Below, in pieces: positions 10,895 through 22,843 of a stretch of 62,701 nucleotides of DNA. The stretch is from Anaerolineae bacterium (lineage in GTDB: Bacteria; Chloroflexota; Anaerolineae; B4-G1). Where the stretch lies: NCBI GenBank assembly GCA_041687115.1, contig JAWLCP010000006.1:1-62701 (forward strand), in the 5' to 3' direction. Each line of letters starts with the position of its first letter. Position 1 is the first letter of the stretch. The notes below the pieces were generated by a model. The model did no database searches, had not been told where the DNA came from, and saw only the letters and a list, made by a program, of their open reading frames with translations. Both the position numbers and the translations under genes were made by a program.

Positions 10895-12799
10895 GTGAGT
10901 GTCATCGACGAGGTAAAGGACCGTCTGGACGTCGTCGAGGTGGTCTCTTCCTACGTTCAACTCAACAAGTCGGGGCGGAACTATAAAGCCCTGTGTCCCT
11001 TCCATTCGGAGAAGACCCCGTCGTTTGTGGTCTTCCCGGAGAGCCAGCGCTGGTACTGCTTCGGGGCGTGCAACGAGGGCGGCGACATCTTCAACTTCGT
11101 GATGAAGATGGAGGGGTGGGATTTCCGGACGGCGCTGGAGGAGCTGGCGAGGCGGGCCGGGGTGGAGATCCGGCCCCCGACCCCGGCGCAGGAGGAGGCG
11201 GCCGAGGAGGCCGAGCGGATCCGAGACGTGCTGGCGACGGCGGCCCGCTACTATCACCACGTCCTCTTGAATGCGCCCGAGGCGGAAAAGGCGCGCCGGT
11301 ACGTCGACGACCGCGGCCTGACGGATGCCACCGTAGAGGCGTTTCAGCTGGGCTACAGCCTACCCGAGTGGGATTCGACGCGCGACTACCTCACGAAGCA
11401 GGGGTACAGCGTGGACGATCTGCTGCAGGCGGGATTGGTCATCGAGCGGGAGACCGGTGGGACGTACGATCGATTCCGGGATCGACTCATCATCCCGATT
11501 CGGGACCGCCGTGGCCGGGCGATCGGTTTCGGCGCCCGGACGCTGGATCCGGACGGTGTCCCTAAGTACCTGAACTCGCCCAAGACCTCGGTTTTCGACA
11601 AGAGCAAGACGCTGTTCGGGCTTCATATGGCCCGGCGCGCCATCCGCGACGAGGAGTGCGTGGTCATCGCCGAGGGGTACATGGATGTGATGCAGGCCCA
11701 TCAAGCGGGGTACAAGAACGTGGTGGCTCAGATGGGCACGGCTCTGACGGAGGCCCAGCTGAGGCAGATTCAGCGATACACCAAGCGCATTCTGCTGGCC
11801 CTGGATCCAGACGCGGCGGGCGTGCAGGCGACGCTGCACGGCGTCGAGGTGGCGCGAGAAACACTGGACAAGGAATGGGAGCCGGTCTTCGATCCCCGCG
11901 GGCTGCTGGGGTACGAGGGCCGCCTGGGGGCCGAGATGCGGGTGCTGGAGCTGCCGGCGGGGAAGGACCCGGATGACGTGATCCGCGAGGATGCGGAGGC
12001 GTGGTCGAGGCTGGTAGCGGAGGCATTGCCGGTGGTCGACTTCTACCTGGAGCTCCTGGTGGACGACCTCGACCTGAACGATACGAAGGCGAAAGCGCGG
12101 GCGGTGGACGAGCTGCTGCCGGTTCTTCGGGCGGTGGCGAATCCGGTGGAGCGGGAGGACTACGTCCAGAAGGTCGCCAGGGCGTTGAGGGTGGACGAGC
12201 GGGCGGTGGTAGCGCGTCTGCGGAGCACGGAGCGGGGGGCGGTCAGACGGTACCGCGGCAGGGGGAGGCAGGGGCGACAGGATGGGGATGGGGAGGAAGG
12301 GGGCGACGAGAGGCCGGAGCTCCTTCTGGAGCGCTACTGTCTGTCGATGCTGCTTCGACGCCCGAGCCTGTTGCCGCGGGTCGACACGCTGCTGGACGAG
12401 AGAGGGCTCGATCCCGTGACGCCTGAGGACTTCACGCAGGTGAGCCTGCGAGCGATTTTCGAGGCGTGGGATGCACTCCTCGAGAGCAGGCCGTCTGTCT
12501 CGACGGCAATGCTGCGCGAGGAGCTGCCGGAGGGCGTGCGGGACGAGCTGGACGGGCTGGACGGTGAGGACGACGTGCATCTGGCCGACGAGCAGTTGGT
12601 GCGGGATGTGGTGGTGACGCTGCTGCGCCTGCGGCAGTGGCGTCTCAAGCAGCTGGTCCAGGATCTCAAGCTGCTGATGGTTGAGGCTCACGAGGAGGGG
12701 GATCCACGGGGAAAGCAGTACGACCAGGCTCACCTGGCGCACACGCAGATGCTGTTGAAGACGCAGCGCGCGCTGGCCCAGTCGCGGGAGATTGCGTAG
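10895..12799 (+). CDS. dnaG: DNA primase
   Basis: GTG start. CHC2 zinc finger [25 protein letters not shown]-like, and TOPRIM EGYMDVM...LDPDAAG. Confidence 0.95.
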   Translation: MSVIDEVKDRLDVVEVVSSYVQLNKSGRNYKALCPFHSEKTPSFVVFPESQRWYCFGACNEGGDIFNFVMKMEGWDFRTALEELARRAGVEIRPPTPAQEEAAEEAERIRDVLATAARYYHHVLLNAPEAEKARRYVDDRGLTDATVEAFQLGYSLPEWDSTRDYLTKQGYSVDDLLQAGLVIERETGGTYDRFRDRLIIPIRDRRGRAIGFGARTLDPDGVPKYLNSPKTSVFDKSKTLFGLHMARRAIRDEECVVIAEGYMDVMQAHQAGYKNVVAQMGTALTEAQLRQIQRYTKRILLALDPDAAGVQATLHGVEVARETLDKEWEPVFDPRGLLGYEGRLGAEMRVLELPAGKDPDDVIREDAEAWSRLVAEALPVVDFYLELLVDDLDLNDTKAKARAVDELLPVLRAVANPVEREDYVQKVARALRVDERAVVARLRSTERGAVRRYRGRGRQGRQDGDGEEGGDERPELLLERYCLSMLLRRPSLLPRVDTLLDERGLDPVTPEDFTQVSLRAIFEAWDALLESRPSVSTAMLREELPEGVRDELDGLDGEDDVHLADEQLVRDVVVTLLRLRQWRLKQLVQDLKLLMVEAHEEGDPRGKQYDQAHLAHTQMLLKTQRALAQSREIA

Positions 12800-12831
12800 C
12801 TCGCTCTAAGGATGCTTCAGTTGGTGGGGGG

Positions 12832-14436
12832 ATGATGACTGAGGAACAGAAGTCCGCGCCGATCCAGGAAGACGAGATCGTTCAACAACTCCGCGAGGTG
12901 TACGAGACGATCGGGGAGTCGTCGGAGGAGGATTCTCCCTCGGTGTTGGTGGAGCTGCCGGCGGAGGGAGGTCAGGAGGACATCCTGGACGACGAGGAAG
13001 AGCCAACCTCGGAGGAGTTGGAGGAGATCGAGCAGCAGACGGACGAGATCGTGACCGAGCCGCTGATCAAGCCCTCCGACGATCCGGTGCGGATGTACCT
13101 GCTGGAGATCGGCCAGGTACCTCTACTGGAGCACCACGAGGAAGTGTGGCTCTCGTCCCAGCGGGTGGCGGGTACCTACCTGGAGGAGTTGAGAGCGGGT
13201 CTGGCGGAGGGCGACGGCGAGGTGACGGGCCAGCAGGTGCTGGATGCGCTGCTGGATGAGTTGGGGGAGGCGTGGAGCAGCGTCGAGACCCACTGCGGCG
13301 AGCTGGGCATCCCGACGCCCGACTTGAGCGCTCTGACGAAGGAGGCGGCCATCCTCCACGACACCGTATTGCCAGACCAGTCCTCGTACGTCTACTCCTT
13401 CCTGGAGCAGCACGGGTGGACGAGCTCGAAGGACGCGATCCGAACGGCGTTGGCCGACGGGATGTTGAGCGTCTTCAGGGCGCTCTACGTTCTTCCCAGA
13501 GAGGTCATCGACGTGATCGATGAGGTATGGCAGGAGCGCCACGCGTTCCCAGGGCTCGATGAGCTCCGAGACGAGCTCTCGGAGGGGGACCTCGTGGCCC
13601 GCTGGACTGCGGTGACGGACCGCGCGCTGGAGGCTCAGCAATTGATGGCGCAGGCGAATCTGCGCTTGGTGGTGAGCGTGGCGAAGAACTACACGGGGCG
13701 CGGAATATCCTTCCTGGATCTGATCCAGGAGGGGAACATCGGGTTGATGCGTGCGATCCGGAAGTTCGATCACACCAAGGGGTTTAAGTTCTCCACGTAC
13801 GCGACGTGGTGGATCCGCCAGGCGATCAGCCGCGCGATTGCAGATCAGGCCCGCACCATTCGTATCCCGGTCCATATGGTGGAAAAGATCAACCGCCTGA
13901 TTCGCCTCAAGCGACGCCTGGTACAGGAGTTCGGTCGGGAGGCTACGTCGAAGGAGCTGGCTCTGGAGTCGGAAATGCTGACCGCGGACGAGAGAGCCGC
14001 CATCCGCGAGGCGCTGGGCGAGGACCAGCCGCTGACGCCCGCGCTCAAGCACAAGCTGAACGCTGCCTCGGAGGAGGTGCGCCGTATCCTGCGCATCGCG
14101 CTGGAGCCGATGTCGCTGGAGATGCCGGTGGGGACGGAGGAGGATGGCGTCCTGGGTGAGTTCATCGAGGACGAAAGCATCCAGGGACCGGCGGACGCGG
14201 CGTACGATCAGTTGTTGAAGGAGCGCGTACGATCCTCTTTGGAGGTGCTCAGTGAGCGGGAACGAGCCGTGCTGGAGATGCGCTTCGGCCTGAAGGACGG
14301 GAAGACGCACACGCTGGAGGAGGTCGGACAGGCCTTCGACGTCACGCGGGAGCGGGTCCGGCAGATCGAGTCGAAGGCGCTGCGGAAGCTGCGCTATCCC
14401 GGCCGGGGGCAGAAGCTGCGCGACTTCCTGGTGTAG
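12832..14436 (+). CDS. rpoD: primary RNA polymerase sigma factor (sigma-70/SigA)
   Basis: Acidic N-terminus. Region 2 [56 protein letters not shown]. Region 4 [28 protein letters not shown]. Confidence 0.95.
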   Translation: MMTEEQKSAPIQEDEIVQQLREVYETIGESSEEDSPSVLVELPAEGGQEDILDDEEEPTSEELEEIEQQTDEIVTEPLIKPSDDPVRMYLLEIGQVPLLEHHEEVWLSSQRVAGTYLEELRAGLAEGDGEVTGQQVLDALLDELGEAWSSVETHCGELGIPTPDLSALTKEAAILHDTVLPDQSSYVYSFLEQHGWTSSKDAIRTALADGMLSVFRALYVLPREVIDVIDEVWQERHAFPGLDELRDELSEGDLVARWTAVTDRALEAQQLMAQANLRLVVSVAKNYTGRGISFLDLIQEGNIGLMRAIRKFDHTKGFKFSTYATWWIRQAISRAIADQARTIRIPVHMVEKINRLIRLKRRLVQEFGREATSKELALESEMLTADERAAIREALGEDQPLTPALKHKLNAASEEVRRILRIALEPMSLEMPVGTEEDGVLGEFIEDESIQGPADAAYDQLLKERVRSSLEVLSERERAVLEMRFGLKDGKTHTLEEVGQAFDVTRERVRQIESKALRKLRYPGRGQKLRDFLV

Positions 14437-14475
14437 GCCGGACCACGGACGAACCATCGGCGGAGGCAGCCGGAT

Positions 14476-15414
14476 ATGAGACCCTTTCGCGAACACGTGG
14501 CGGTCGCCATAGACGGCGGGGGGATCCGCGGCGTGATCCCCGCTCGGGCGCTGGCCATTCTAGAGGACCACCTGGGCCGGCCGAGTCGGGAGATCTTCCA
14601 CATGGCGGCGGGCACGTCGACCGGGTCGATCATCGCGGCCGGGATCGGGATGGGCCTGAGCGGGGCGGCGATGCACCGGCTGTACACGATGTTCGGTCCC
14701 CTGGTATTCCACCGGTCGTGGCGCGCGTGGCTGTGGCCCCTGGTCCGGTATCGGTATCCTCTGGAGCCGCTGCGGGCTGCGCTGCGGCGGTACATCGGCG
14801 ACCGGACGATGGGGGACTTCTGGACAAACGATCCGCCGATCGACGTGGTCATCACCACGTTCGACGTGGTGGAGAATCGCACCCGGTTCGTCAAGCCGTG
14901 GAAGGAGGAGTACGCCGACTGGCCGGTGGTCAAGGCAGTGCTCGCTTCGTCCTCGGTGCCCACGTATTTCCCCCCCGTCGAGGCGCGGTTCGTAGACGGC
15001 GGGGTCGGGGCGTACTCGAACCCGTGTTACCTGGCTGCGTATGAGGGGCAATTCGTCCTCGACTGGGACCCCGCTCGGACCACGTTGATCAGCCTGGGCA
15101 CGGGCCGCGATCCGCACAGCCTCCGGCCCAAGGACGTGATGCGGTTCTGGGCGTGGCAGTGGATTGGGCCGGTGCTGGGGGCTTTCCTGCGGTCGGCCGA
15201 CGATCAGCAAGTTCACTTGGTGGATACGTTCTTCGAAGCGCTCGACTTCCGCCGCTTCCAGGTCGATCTGCGCGAAAACGTCGCGATGGACGATTTCACC
15301 CAGATGGCCGAGCTGACTGTGTACGGCACGGAGCTGGGGCAGAAGATTCTGAACGACCAGACGGATCGGGCGCTGGAGATCAAGGCCAGAAGGCCCGAGC
15401 CCCGCTGCAAATGA
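14476..15414 (+). CDS. patatin-like phospholipase
   Basis: Oxyanion GGGIRG, nucleophile elbow GTSTG, and a DGG catalytic Asp motif (FVDGGVGAYSNP). The stop overlaps the murE ATG (ATGA at 15411-15414). Confidence 0.85.
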   Translation: MRPFREHVAVAIDGGGIRGVIPARALAILEDHLGRPSREIFHMAAGTSTGSIIAAGIGMGLSGAAMHRLYTMFGPLVFHRSWRAWLWPLVRYRYPLEPLRAALRRYIGDRTMGDFWTNDPPIDVVITTFDVVENRTRFVKPWKEEYADWPVVKAVLASSSVPTYFPPVEARFVDGGVGAYSNPCYLAAYEGQFVLDWDPARTTLISLGTGRDPHSLRPKDVMRFWAWQWIGPVLGAFLRSADDQQVHLVDTFFEALDFRRFQVDLRENVAMDDFTQMAELTVYGTELGQKILNDQTDRALEIKARRPEPRCK

Positions 15415-17021
15415 GGCTGTCCGATCTCCTGGATCACCTCCCGGCGGTGCTGAACTGCCTGGGCGAGGACGTCGAAATCGAGGGCATCGCGGCTGACTCC
15501 CGCCGCGTGGAGCCGGGCGATCTGTTCGTCGCCATCCCGGGTGGGCAAGTGGACGGGCACCGCTTCGTGGGCGAGGCGGTGGACAGCGGCGCGGTCGCCG
15601 TGATTGGGGAGCTTCCTCCTGACGAGGTGGACGGGGGCGCGGGAGGGGATTTCACGTACGTGCGTGTGCGGAACGCGCGGGAGGCGTGGGGGTGGTCGTG
15701 CGCTGCTTGGGAGGGGTTGCCGTCGCGGAAGATGACGCTGGTGGGCGTCACGGGCACGGACGGAAAGACGACCACGGTGACGCTCCTGCACGGGATCCTG
15801 CGGGCGGCCGGCGTGAAGGCGGGGATGATCAGCACGGTGAAGGCGATCATTCCCTCGGGCGACTCAGGGGAGGGGAGTGAGACGGAGGCGATGACGGGCC
15901 TCCATACCACGACGCCGGATCCGCCCGCGGTCCAGCAGTACCTGGACGGGATGGTGGAGGCGGGCGCGACCCACGCGGTCCTGGAAGTGACCTCGCACGG
16001 GCTGGCCCAGGATCGGGTGGCGGGCTGTGACTTCGACGTGGCGGTGGTGACGAACATCACCCACGAGCACCTCGATTATCACGGGTCTCTGGATGCCTAT
16101 CGGAGGGCAAAGGCCAAGTTGTTCGAGGGATTGGACGGCTCTTTTCGCAAGCCGGGCGTCCCAAAGGTCTCGGTCTTGAACGGAGATGACGATTCGCTCT
16201 GCCTCTTGCGATCGCTGCGTGCCGATCGTCAGATCGTCTACTCGCTGGACGGGGACGCCGACGTGACCGCCCGTGGCGTGGCGTATGACGTAGACCGAAC
16301 CCGACTGCGCCTTCATACGCCCATGGGTCAGGTTCCGATTGAGACCGCGCTGGTTGGGCGGTACAATGTCCGGAACATCCTGGCCGCTGCCGCGGCAGGG
16401 GTGGCCCTCGGTGTTCCGCTGGAGGCGATAGCCGAGGGAATCGCGTCGTTCTGGGGTGTGCCGGGGCGGATGGAGCGCATTGAGGCGGGGCAGGCGCATC
16501 TGGCCATCGTCGACTTCGCCCATACGCCGAACGCGCTGAAGCAAGCCCTCATGGCGGCCCGGGGGATGGCGGAGGGGAGCGGCCGAGTCGTGGTCGTGTT
16601 CGGGTGCGCCGGTCTGCGGGATCGCGAGAAGCGAACGCTGATGGGGCGGATCGCCGGGCAGCTGGCGGACGTCGTCATCGTGACCGCAGAGGATCCGCGC
16701 ACCGAGAGCCTGGAGGCGATCATGGCGGAGAGCGTCAGAGCCGCGGCCGCTGAAGGGAAGCGGGAAGGTGTGGATCTGTTTCCGGTGTCGGATCGAGGCG
16801 AGGCGATCCTGCGAGCCTGTGAGATGGCACGGGCGGGCGACGTGGTGATCGCCTGCGGGAAAGGGCACGAGCAGAGCATGTGCTTCGGGACCACGGAGTA
16901 CCCCTGGGACGATCGCCGGGCGATGCGGCTGGCGCTGCGGGGAGAGACTCTGAGCACGCTGCCGACGGCACGGTCGGACGGCGGGGCTCAACGGGGGGAG
17001 GACCGGGCGTGCCTGGGATAG
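15411..17021 (+). CDS. murE: UDP-N-acetylmuramoyl-L-alanyl-D-glutamate--2,6-diaminopimelate ligase
   Basis: Internal ATG 15411 of ORF 15153-17021. DSRRVEPGDLFVAIPGGQVDGHRF, P-loop GVTGTDGKTTT, and a DNPR-like region (AEDPRTE) typical of Mur ligases. Confidence 0.9.
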   Translation: MRLSDLLDHLPAVLNCLGEDVEIEGIAADSRRVEPGDLFVAIPGGQVDGHRFVGEAVDSGAVAVIGELPPDEVDGGAGGDFTYVRVRNAREAWGWSCAAWEGLPSRKMTLVGVTGTDGKTTTVTLLHGILRAAGVKAGMISTVKAIIPSGDSGEGSETEAMTGLHTTTPDPPAVQQYLDGMVEAGATHAVLEVTSHGLAQDRVAGCDFDVAVVTNITHEHLDYHGSLDAYRRAKAKLFEGLDGSFRKPGVPKVSVLNGDDDSLCLLRSLRADRQIVYSLDGDADVTARGVAYDVDRTRLRLHTPMGQVPIETALVGRYNVRNILAAAAAGVALGVPLEAIAEGIASFWGVPGRMERIEAGQAHLAIVDFAHTPNALKQALMAARGMAEGSGRVVVVFGCAGLRDREKRTLMGRIAGQLADVVIVTAEDPRTESLEAIMAESVRAAAAEGKREGVDLFPVSDRGEAILRACEMARAGDVVIACGKGHEQSMCFGTTEYPWDDRRAMRLALRGETLSTLPTARSDGGAQRGEDRACLG

Positions 17022-17773
17022 AGACCGGTGCAGGGGAGCTGTTCTACACCGTGGGGCGAGGGCCGACGAGCGGGCCCACGCTGGTCCTGGTGCACGGGGC
17101 GGGGGGATCGCGGATTCACTGGCCTCCAGAGCTGCGGCGTATGGACCAAGCGACCGTATACACGCTGGACCTGCCCGGTCACGGCCGGTCGGGGGGACCG
17201 GGACGTGAGACGATCGAGGGGTATGCAGACGCCGTCGCCGCGTTCCTGGAGGCGGTCGACGTCGGTCGGGCCGTCGTCGTGGGGCACTCCATGGGCGGCG
17301 CGATCGCTCAGACGCTTGCTCTGTATCATCCCGTCCCGGTGAGAGCGCTTGGATTGATCGCAACGGGTGCGCGGCTTCGTGTCGCACCGGCGATTCTGGA
17401 GACCATCCAGGACGATTTCAAGGGTGCGGTCGAGCTTATTACCCGTTACGCGTGGTCCGCGGACGCAGACCAATCGTGGGTGGAGCTGGGTCGCGAGGCC
17501 CTCAAGGACACCGGACCGGAGGTGTTATTGGGCGACTTCCTGGCGTGTGATCAATTCGACCTCATAGATCGCCTGGGAGAGATCGAGGTCCCCGCCCTAG
17601 TGGTGAGCGGGACGGCGGACAAGCTGACCCCGACGAAGTACGCACGGTTTCTGGCTGAGCACATTCCGGCTGCACGGCTCGTCACCCTGGAAGGGGCGGG
17701 CCACATGGTGATGTTGGAGCAACCGCAGGAGGTTGCGAAGGCGGTCCGGGGATTCGTGACGGCGCTACGGTAG
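17009..17773 (+). CDS. alpha/beta hydrolase
   Basis: GTG 17009 lies 6 nt after GGGGGGAGG. HGAGGS oxyanion region and nucleophile elbow GHSMGG. Overlaps the murE 3' end by 13 nt. Confidence 0.8.
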   Translation: MPGIETGAGELFYTVGRGPTSGPTLVLVHGAGGSRIHWPPELRRMDQATVYTLDLPGHGRSGGPGRETIEGYADAVAAFLEAVDVGRAVVVGHSMGGAIAQTLALYHPVPVRALGLIATGARLRVAPAILETIQDDFKGAVELITRYAWSADADQSWVELGREALKDTGPEVLLGDFLACDQFDLIDRLGEIEVPALVVSGTADKLTPTKYARFLAEHIPAARLVTLEGAGHMVMLEQPQEVAKAVRGFVTALR

Positions 17774-17804
17774 CGCCAGGCTGGAATCACAGCGTCGCCG
17801 CGCG

Positions 17805-17834
17805 GCGCCAGCGTCTGGGCTGGCGCTTCTTCTT
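17805..17834 (+). terminator. intrinsic terminator after the hydrolase gene
   Basis: GCGCCAGC (17805-17812) / GCTGGCGC (17819-17826) stem followed by TTCTTCTT. Confidence 0.5.
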
Positions 17835-17839
17835 ACCCG

Positions 17840-19108
17840 TTACTCGACGAACAAGTTCAGGAACTCCTCGTTGCTCTTGGTGCTTCGGAGGACCTGAAGC
17901 AGCTCCTCCATGGCCTGGGCTTGCGTGTAGCCGGAGGACAGTGAGTCGATAAATCGCTGTCGCATGAGCCAGACCTTCCGCCGCGTCTCCTCATCCAGAA
18001 GCAACTCCTCCCGCCGCGTGCCCGAGCGTTCGATGTCGAAGGCGGGGAAGATGCGCCTCTCCTCTAGCCTGCGGCTGAGGTGAAGCTCCATGTTGCCCGT
18101 GCCCTTGAACTCCTCGTAGATCATGTCGTCCATGCGGCTGCCCGTATCCACGAGGCAGGTGGCAATAACCGTCAGGCTGCCGCCGTCCTCGATGTTGCGT
18201 GCGGCCCCGAAGAAGTGCTTCGGAGGGTAGAGGGCGGCGGGGTCGAGGCCGCCGGATAGGGTGCGGCCGCTGGGTTGCACGACCAGGTTGTACGCGCGGG
18301 AGAGGCGGGTGATGCTGTCGAGGAGGATGGCGATGTCCTCACCCTCCTCAACCAGACGCTTGGCACGCGCCAGAACCATCTCTGCGACCTGGGTATGGCT
18401 GCGGGCGTGCTCGTCGAAGGTTGAGCTGATGACCTCGGCGTCCACCGAACGGTCCATGTCCGTGACCTCCTCCGGGCGCTCGCCGATGAGGACGACCATC
18501 AGACGGACCTCCGGATGGCTGCTGGTGATGCCATTCGCGATGTGCTTGAGGACCGTGGTCTTACCGGCCTTCGGCGGAGACACGATGAGCCCGCGCTGCC
18601 CTTTGCCGACGGGCGAGATCATGCTGAGGAGACGGGTCGTCTTATTGCCCCGAGGTCGCTCCAGGTAGAAGCGCTCCAGGGGGAAGATGGGCGTCAGTGA
18701 CTCGAAGCGGGGGCGCCGCTTCGCCGCCTCCGGGTCGCGGGCGTTCACCGCCTCTACGCGCAGGAGGCTGTAGTACCTCTCGTTCTCCTTGGGTGGCCTT
18801 ATCTGGCCCAGCACCAGGTCGCCGGTTCGCAAGCCGAAGCGATGGATCTGAGACGACGACACATAGATGTCGTTTGAGCTCGGCTTGTAATCGTCGGGAC
18901 GCAGGTACCCTTTGTTCTCGTCGATGATGTCGAGCACGCCCCCGCCGAAGATCAAGCCCTCGCGCTCTGTCTTGGCCTGGAGCAGGCGCATGATGAGCTC
19001 TTCCTTCTTCAGCGAGCTGTAGCCGGAAACGTCCCATTCTCTGGCTAACTCGCGCAGCTCGTCCATCGTCTTTTCCCGCAAGCTGGTTATGTCTATCTGC
19101 TCGTTCAC
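17840..19108 (-). CDS. rho: transcription termination factor Rho
   Basis: N-terminal Rho_N ([17 protein letters not shown]-like), RNA-binding [16 protein letters not shown], and Walker A SPPKAGKT. Confidence 0.95.
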   Translation of the reverse strand: MNEQIDITSLREKTMDELRELAREWDVSGYSSLKKEELIMRLLQAKTEREGLIFGGGVLDIIDENKGYLRPDDYKPSSNDIYVSSSQIHRFGLRTGDLVLGQIRPPKENERYYSLLRVEAVNARDPEAAKRRPRFESLTPIFPLERFYLERPRGNKTTRLLSMISPVGKGQRGLIVSPPKAGKTTVLKHIANGITSSHPEVRLMVVLIGERPEEVTDMDRSVDAEVISSTFDEHARSHTQVAEMVLARAKRLVEEGEDIAILLDSITRLSRAYNLVVQPSGRTLSGGLDPAALYPPKHFFGAARNIEDGGSLTVIATCLVDTGSRMDDMIYEEFKGTGNMELHLSRRLEERRIFPAFDIERSGTRREELLLDEETRRKVWLMRQRFIDSLSSGYTQAQAMEELLQVLRSTKSNEEFLNLFVE

Positions 19109-19153
19109 TCTGTCTTACTCCTATCTGTGCGACTGTCTGTCTGCGAAACGCTT

Positions 19154-20164
19154 CTACGAGTCGTATCTGGCGATGAAGTCTTCCGCCTTCTCCACCAGGT
19201 GTCGGTTTCCAATGAACAGGGGGGTGCGCTGATGCAACTCCTCTGGTTCGATGTCCAGGATGCTCTGGTGCCCGTCCGATGCATATCCACCGGCTTCCTC
19301 CACGATGAAGCCCAGAGGATTCGCTTCGTAGATCAAGCGCAGTTTGCCGTCGGGGTATCTGGAGTCTGCCGGGTAGTAGAAGACCCCCCCTTTCAACAGG
19401 TTGCGGTGAACATCGGCCACCAGGGCGCCGATGTACCGCTCTGAGAGCGGATTGCGCTGATCCTCTTCGTCCATGCCCTGGAGCCAGCGGGTGTATCGCT
19501 GGATTCCGGGTGAGCGGAACTTCTCGTGCGCGTGATTGGCGCTGTGGTACTTCGGTTTGTCCGGAATGCGCAGATCGGGGTGGGACAGGAGGAACTCCCC
19601 CAGGGTGGGATCGAGGGTGAAGCCGTGCACCCCCCGTCCTGTCGTGTAGACCATCATGGTGCTCGAGCCATAGATGATGTAGCCTGCCGCTGCGATGTCG
19701 CGCCCTGGCTGGAGGCAGTCGTCCACAGTCCCGGGGCCCTCCTCGCTTCGACGCCCGTAGATGGCGAAGATGGTGCCGATGGTGGCGGCGATGTCGATGT
19801 TCGACGAGCCATCGAGGGGGTCGAAGACGAGGACGTACTTTCCAGTCCCGTATCCCGCGGGGACGTGAATGATGCCCTCTCTCTCCTCGGACGCCATCAC
19901 GGCAAGCCGTCCGGTGAAGGAGTTCATGCGGATGATTACCTGGTTGGCGAAGACATCGAGCTTCATCTGCTCTTCGCCCTGGACGTTCATCTCGCCTGCC
20001 GAGCCCAGGATGTTCACCAGGCCAGCGCGAGTGGTCTCGCGGGCAATGATCTTGCCTGCCAGCGCCATGTCGTACAACAGGCTTGAGAACACGCCTGTTG
20101 CCTCAGGGAACTCACGCTCCTGCTCTACGATGTGTCTCTCTATGGTGATGATTCGTTCGACCAT
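19154..20164 (-). CDS. fbp: class 1 fructose-1,6-bisphosphatase
   Basis: [37 protein letters not shown], and GGVFYYPAD...[11 protein letters not shown]. Confidence 0.9.
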   Translation of the reverse strand: MVERIITIERHIVEQEREFPEATGVFSSLLYDMALAGKIIARETTRAGLVNILGSAGEMNVQGEEQMKLDVFANQVIIRMNSFTGRLAVMASEEREGIIHVPAGYGTGKYVLVFDPLDGSSNIDIAATIGTIFAIYGRRSEEGPGTVDDCLQPGRDIAAAGYIIYGSSTMMVYTTGRGVHGFTLDPTLGEFLLSHPDLRIPDKPKYHSANHAHEKFRSPGIQRYTRWLQGMDEEDQRNPLSERYIGALVADVHRNLLKGGVFYYPADSRYPDGKLRLIYEANPLGFIVEEAGGYASDGHQSILDIEPEELHQRTPLFIGNRHLVEKAEDFIARYDS

Positions 20165-20200
20165 GCCTGTCCCCCGGAGACTGGAGTGGGTGGTATCTGC

Positions 20201-20605
20201 TCAGTCCAGATACCAGACCCAGCGGGCGCCGCGCATCTCGCGGATGATGTCCGTGGTCGAGAGAATGCCCAGAGGTTTGTCGTCGTCGACCACGAGCAGG
20301 CGGTGAATGTCACTGTCCAGAAGCCTCTTGGCTGCGTCTTTCACCGTCGCGTTCTGCGCAATGCTGACCACCTCGGGGGTCATGACGTCGCGAGCCTGGA
20401 TAGCTGTCAGATCTTCGCTGTAGTGAGCGATGGTATCCATGTGAGAGACCACCCCCACCGGCGGGTTGCCTTCGCGCTCGGCGACCATGATCGCGTGGAT
20501 CTCGGTGTCCGCCATCACCCGAACCACCTCCTGGAGAGGGGTCTCCGGCTTGCAGAAGATGACACCTTTGTGGTAGATGTCGCGGACCAATCGTTCTCTT
20601 TCCAT
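20201..20605 (-). CDS. CBS domain pair protein
   Basis: ATG 20605 is preceded by AGGAGG. The longer ORF start at 20680 would overlap cdsA. Two CBS-like repeats (DVMTPEVVSIAQNATVKDAAKRLLDSDIHRLLVVDD). Confidence 0.75.
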   Translation of the reverse strand: MERERLVRDIYHKGVIFCKPETPLQEVVRVMADTEIHAIMVAEREGNPPVGVVSHMDTIAHYSEDLTAIQARDVMTPEVVSIAQNATVKDAAKRLLDSDIHRLLVVDDDKPLGILSTTDIIREMRGARWVWYLD

Positions 20606-20631
20606 TGGACTTCCTCCTTCTCTTTCAGGGG

Positions 20632-21441
20632 TTACTTCACCAGCCAGACGACGTAGTAGTAGCCGATCGCAGCAGCCCACAGGACGCTGTCCAGCCTATC
20701 GAGCACGCCGCCGTGGCCAGGCAGCAGCTTGCCGCTGTTGTCCACACCCGCCTCTCGCTTGATGATCGAGACGGTCAGGTCTCCGATGGGGGCAAGTCCA
20801 CTGATGAGTGCCCCGAGGAGAAGCCCCTGGTGCGCGGTAATGGCGCTTCCCGGGTCGGTCCTGAATCCCCAAAGCCAGGCCAAGACGGCCGCCGCCAGGC
20901 TGCCCACCAGGATGCCACCTCCGTATCCTTCCCAGGTCTTGCCAGGGCTGAGGGACGGTGCGAGTTTGTGCTGCCCCCACGCCGATCCAACGAAATAGGC
21001 GCCCGAATCGGCGAACAGGATCGCCGGTATGGCGATGAGGGTCCACCAGAGGCCGTCTCCGGGCAACTGGCGCAGCTTGATCAGGCACGACCCGTACGCC
21101 CCCAGGTACAAGCCGCTGGCGATCACACCGGTCCAATCTGTCGTCTTCAGGTGACGGTGGCGAACGATCTGCCAGATGAGCGAAATACACAGCACTGCGA
21201 CCAGCCCGGGTCGGAGCACGCCCCCCTCCGTGAGTCGTGCGTCCAGCAGGAAGAGCCACACCAGGGCGACCCCAAACAGGTGACTCGGCTGGAAGCGGCG
21301 TGCAATCAGCAGACAGAACTCGATCTCAGCGAGCGCCGTGAGGCCTGCTACCAGAGCCACGAACGGGAGGCCGCCCAGGTAGACGAGCCAGATGACGATC
21401 GGAATCAAGACGATGGCAGTAAGCAGACGGGTACGTAGCAC
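20632..21441 (-). CDS. cdsA: phosphatidate cytidylyltransferase
   Basis: Multi-TM protein with the CDS signature SIIKREAGVDNSGKLLPGHGGVLDRLDS. Confidence 0.9.
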   Translation of the reverse strand: MLRTRLLTAIVLIPIVIWLVYLGGLPFVALVAGLTALAEIEFCLLIARRFQPSHLFGVALVWLFLLDARLTEGGVLRPGLVAVLCISLIWQIVRHRHLKTTDWTGVIASGLYLGAYGSCLIKLRQLPGDGLWWTLIAIPAILFADSGAYFVGSAWGQHKLAPSLSPGKTWEGYGGGILVGSLAAAVLAWLWGFRTDPGSAITAHQGLLLGALISGLAPIGDLTVSIIKREAGVDNSGKLLPGHGGVLDRLDSVLWAAAIGYYYVVWLVK

Positions 21442-21504
21442 AGGTCAGCAGTGTTCGGGAGCGATCCACCGGCACAAGAAGCACCGGTGCTGGAGTTTTC
21501 GGTA

Positions 21505-22254
21505 CTACTCGGTCGCGGCTTTCCCGGGGACCAGACCAAAGCGACGTTCGCGCTGGTCGAAATCCTGGAGGGCTTCGTAGAGCTCTTCCTTGTCGAAATC
21601 GGGCCACAGGGTGGGAGTAGTATAGAACTCCGCATAGGCCGCCTGCCAGACGAGGAAGTTGCTGAGACGCATCTCCCCGCTGGTGCGGATGATCAAGTCC
21701 GGGTCGGGTTGTCCCGCTGTGTAGAGGTACTCGTCGATGAGATCTGCGTCGACATCTCCAGCCGGTATCGCATCCGCGATGATCTGACGCACGGCGTCCA
21801 CAATCTCGGCTCGGCCTCCGTAGTTGAAGGCAACGTTAAGAACCAGACGATCGTTGTCCTTCGTCAACTCAATGGCTTCCCGAACCCGCTTCTCGAGTTT
21901 CGCGGGGATGCGCTCCATGCGCCCCAGGTGGCACAACCGCACCCCTTGCTCGTGCAACTTGGGGACTTCCCGATCGATCACGCGTTCGAGGATCGACAGG
22001 AGGCCCTGCACCTCGCTCTCCGGGCGGCCCCAGTTCTCGGTGGAGAAAGCGTATATGGTCAGATACTGTATGCCGAATTCCACTGCGGCGCGCAGCACCC
22101 GGCGCAGGTTTTCCGTTCCGGCGCGATGACCGGCAATCCTCGGCAGCCCTCGACGACGGGCCCAGCGTCCGTTCCCGTCCATGATGACGCCAACGTGGCG
22201 CGGTACGCGCTGCAGAGGGGGATATTGACTGGCGGTCTCAGATTCAGGGGGCAT
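21505..22254 (-). CDS. uppS: isoprenyl transferase (undecaprenyl-diphosphate synthase family)
   Basis: [26 protein letters not shown], and [22 protein letters not shown]. Confidence 0.93.
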   Translation of the reverse strand: MPPESETASQYPPLQRVPRHVGVIMDGNGRWARRRGLPRIAGHRAGTENLRRVLRAAVEFGIQYLTIYAFSTENWGRPESEVQGLLSILERVIDREVPKLHEQGVRLCHLGRMERIPAKLEKRVREAIELTKDNDRLVLNVAFNYGGRAEIVDAVRQIIADAIPAGDVDADLIDEYLYTAGQPDPDLIIRTSGEMRLSNFLVWQAAYAEFYTTPTLWPDFDKEELYEALQDFDQRERRFGLVPGKAATE

Positions 22255-22283
22255 GGGATGAAACCACTCGAGCGAGCGACGAG

Positions 22284-22841
22284 TCAGCTCTCGATGATCT
22301 CTCGCTGCTTGCGGGTGCTAATCTCTTCCATCTTCTCCGTGTACCGGTCGATGAGGTCCTGAAGATCGTCCTTTGCTCGGTAGAACTCGTCCTCCGAGAT
22401 CAGCTTCTCCTTCTCGAACTCGCGTAGGTCCTCAAGGGCATCACGGCGGATGTTGCGCAGTGCGACTTTGCCTTCCTCGACTCGCTGCCGCACCATCTTG
22501 GCCAGCTCTTTCCTTCGTTCTTCGGTGAGGCGCGGGATGGGAAGACGGATGAGCCTGCCGTCATTCGACGGCGTCAGGCCGACATCGGACTTCAGGATCG
22601 CCCGTTCGATCTCCTCCAGGGACTTCGGGTCGTATGGCCGGACGACAAGCAGGGTGGGCTCCGGCGCGGATATGACCGCCAGCTGGTTGAGGGGCGTTGG
22701 CTGCCCGTAGTAGTCAACCATCACGCGCTCCAACAAGGCTGGAGAGGCACGTCCTGTGCGAATGGTGCGCAGGTCTGACTGCAGTACCTCCAGAGCTCTG
22801 TGGGCCCGTTTCTCTGTCTCGCGAAGTAGTTCTTGATACAT
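22284..22841 (-). CDS. frr: ribosome recycling factor
   Basis: [27 protein letters not shown] and [18 protein letters not shown]. Confidence 0.95.
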   Translation of the reverse strand: MYQELLRETEKRAHRALEVLQSDLRTIRTGRASPALLERVMVDYYGQPTPLNQLAVISAPEPTLLVVRPYDPKSLEEIERAILKSDVGLTPSNDGRLIRLPIPRLTEERRKELAKMVRQRVEEGKVALRNIRRDALEDLREFEKEKLISEDEFYRAKDDLQDLIDRYTEKMEEISTRKQREIIES

Positions 22842-22843
22842 AG

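Noticed and set aside
11360-14496. 460-aa and 457-aa ORFs antisense to dnaG and rpoD
   Set aside because: Both are shadow ORFs opposite unmistakable primase and sigma-70 coding sequences.
14476-15414. Patatin as a CBASS-type or other defense effector
   Set aside because: No cyclase, CD-NTase, sensor or other defense gene is adjacent. The flanks are rpoD and murE.
15864-17387. 507-aa ORF antisense to murE and the hydrolase gene
   Set aside because: It is a shadow ORF with Arg/Pro/His-rich composition and no domain signatures.
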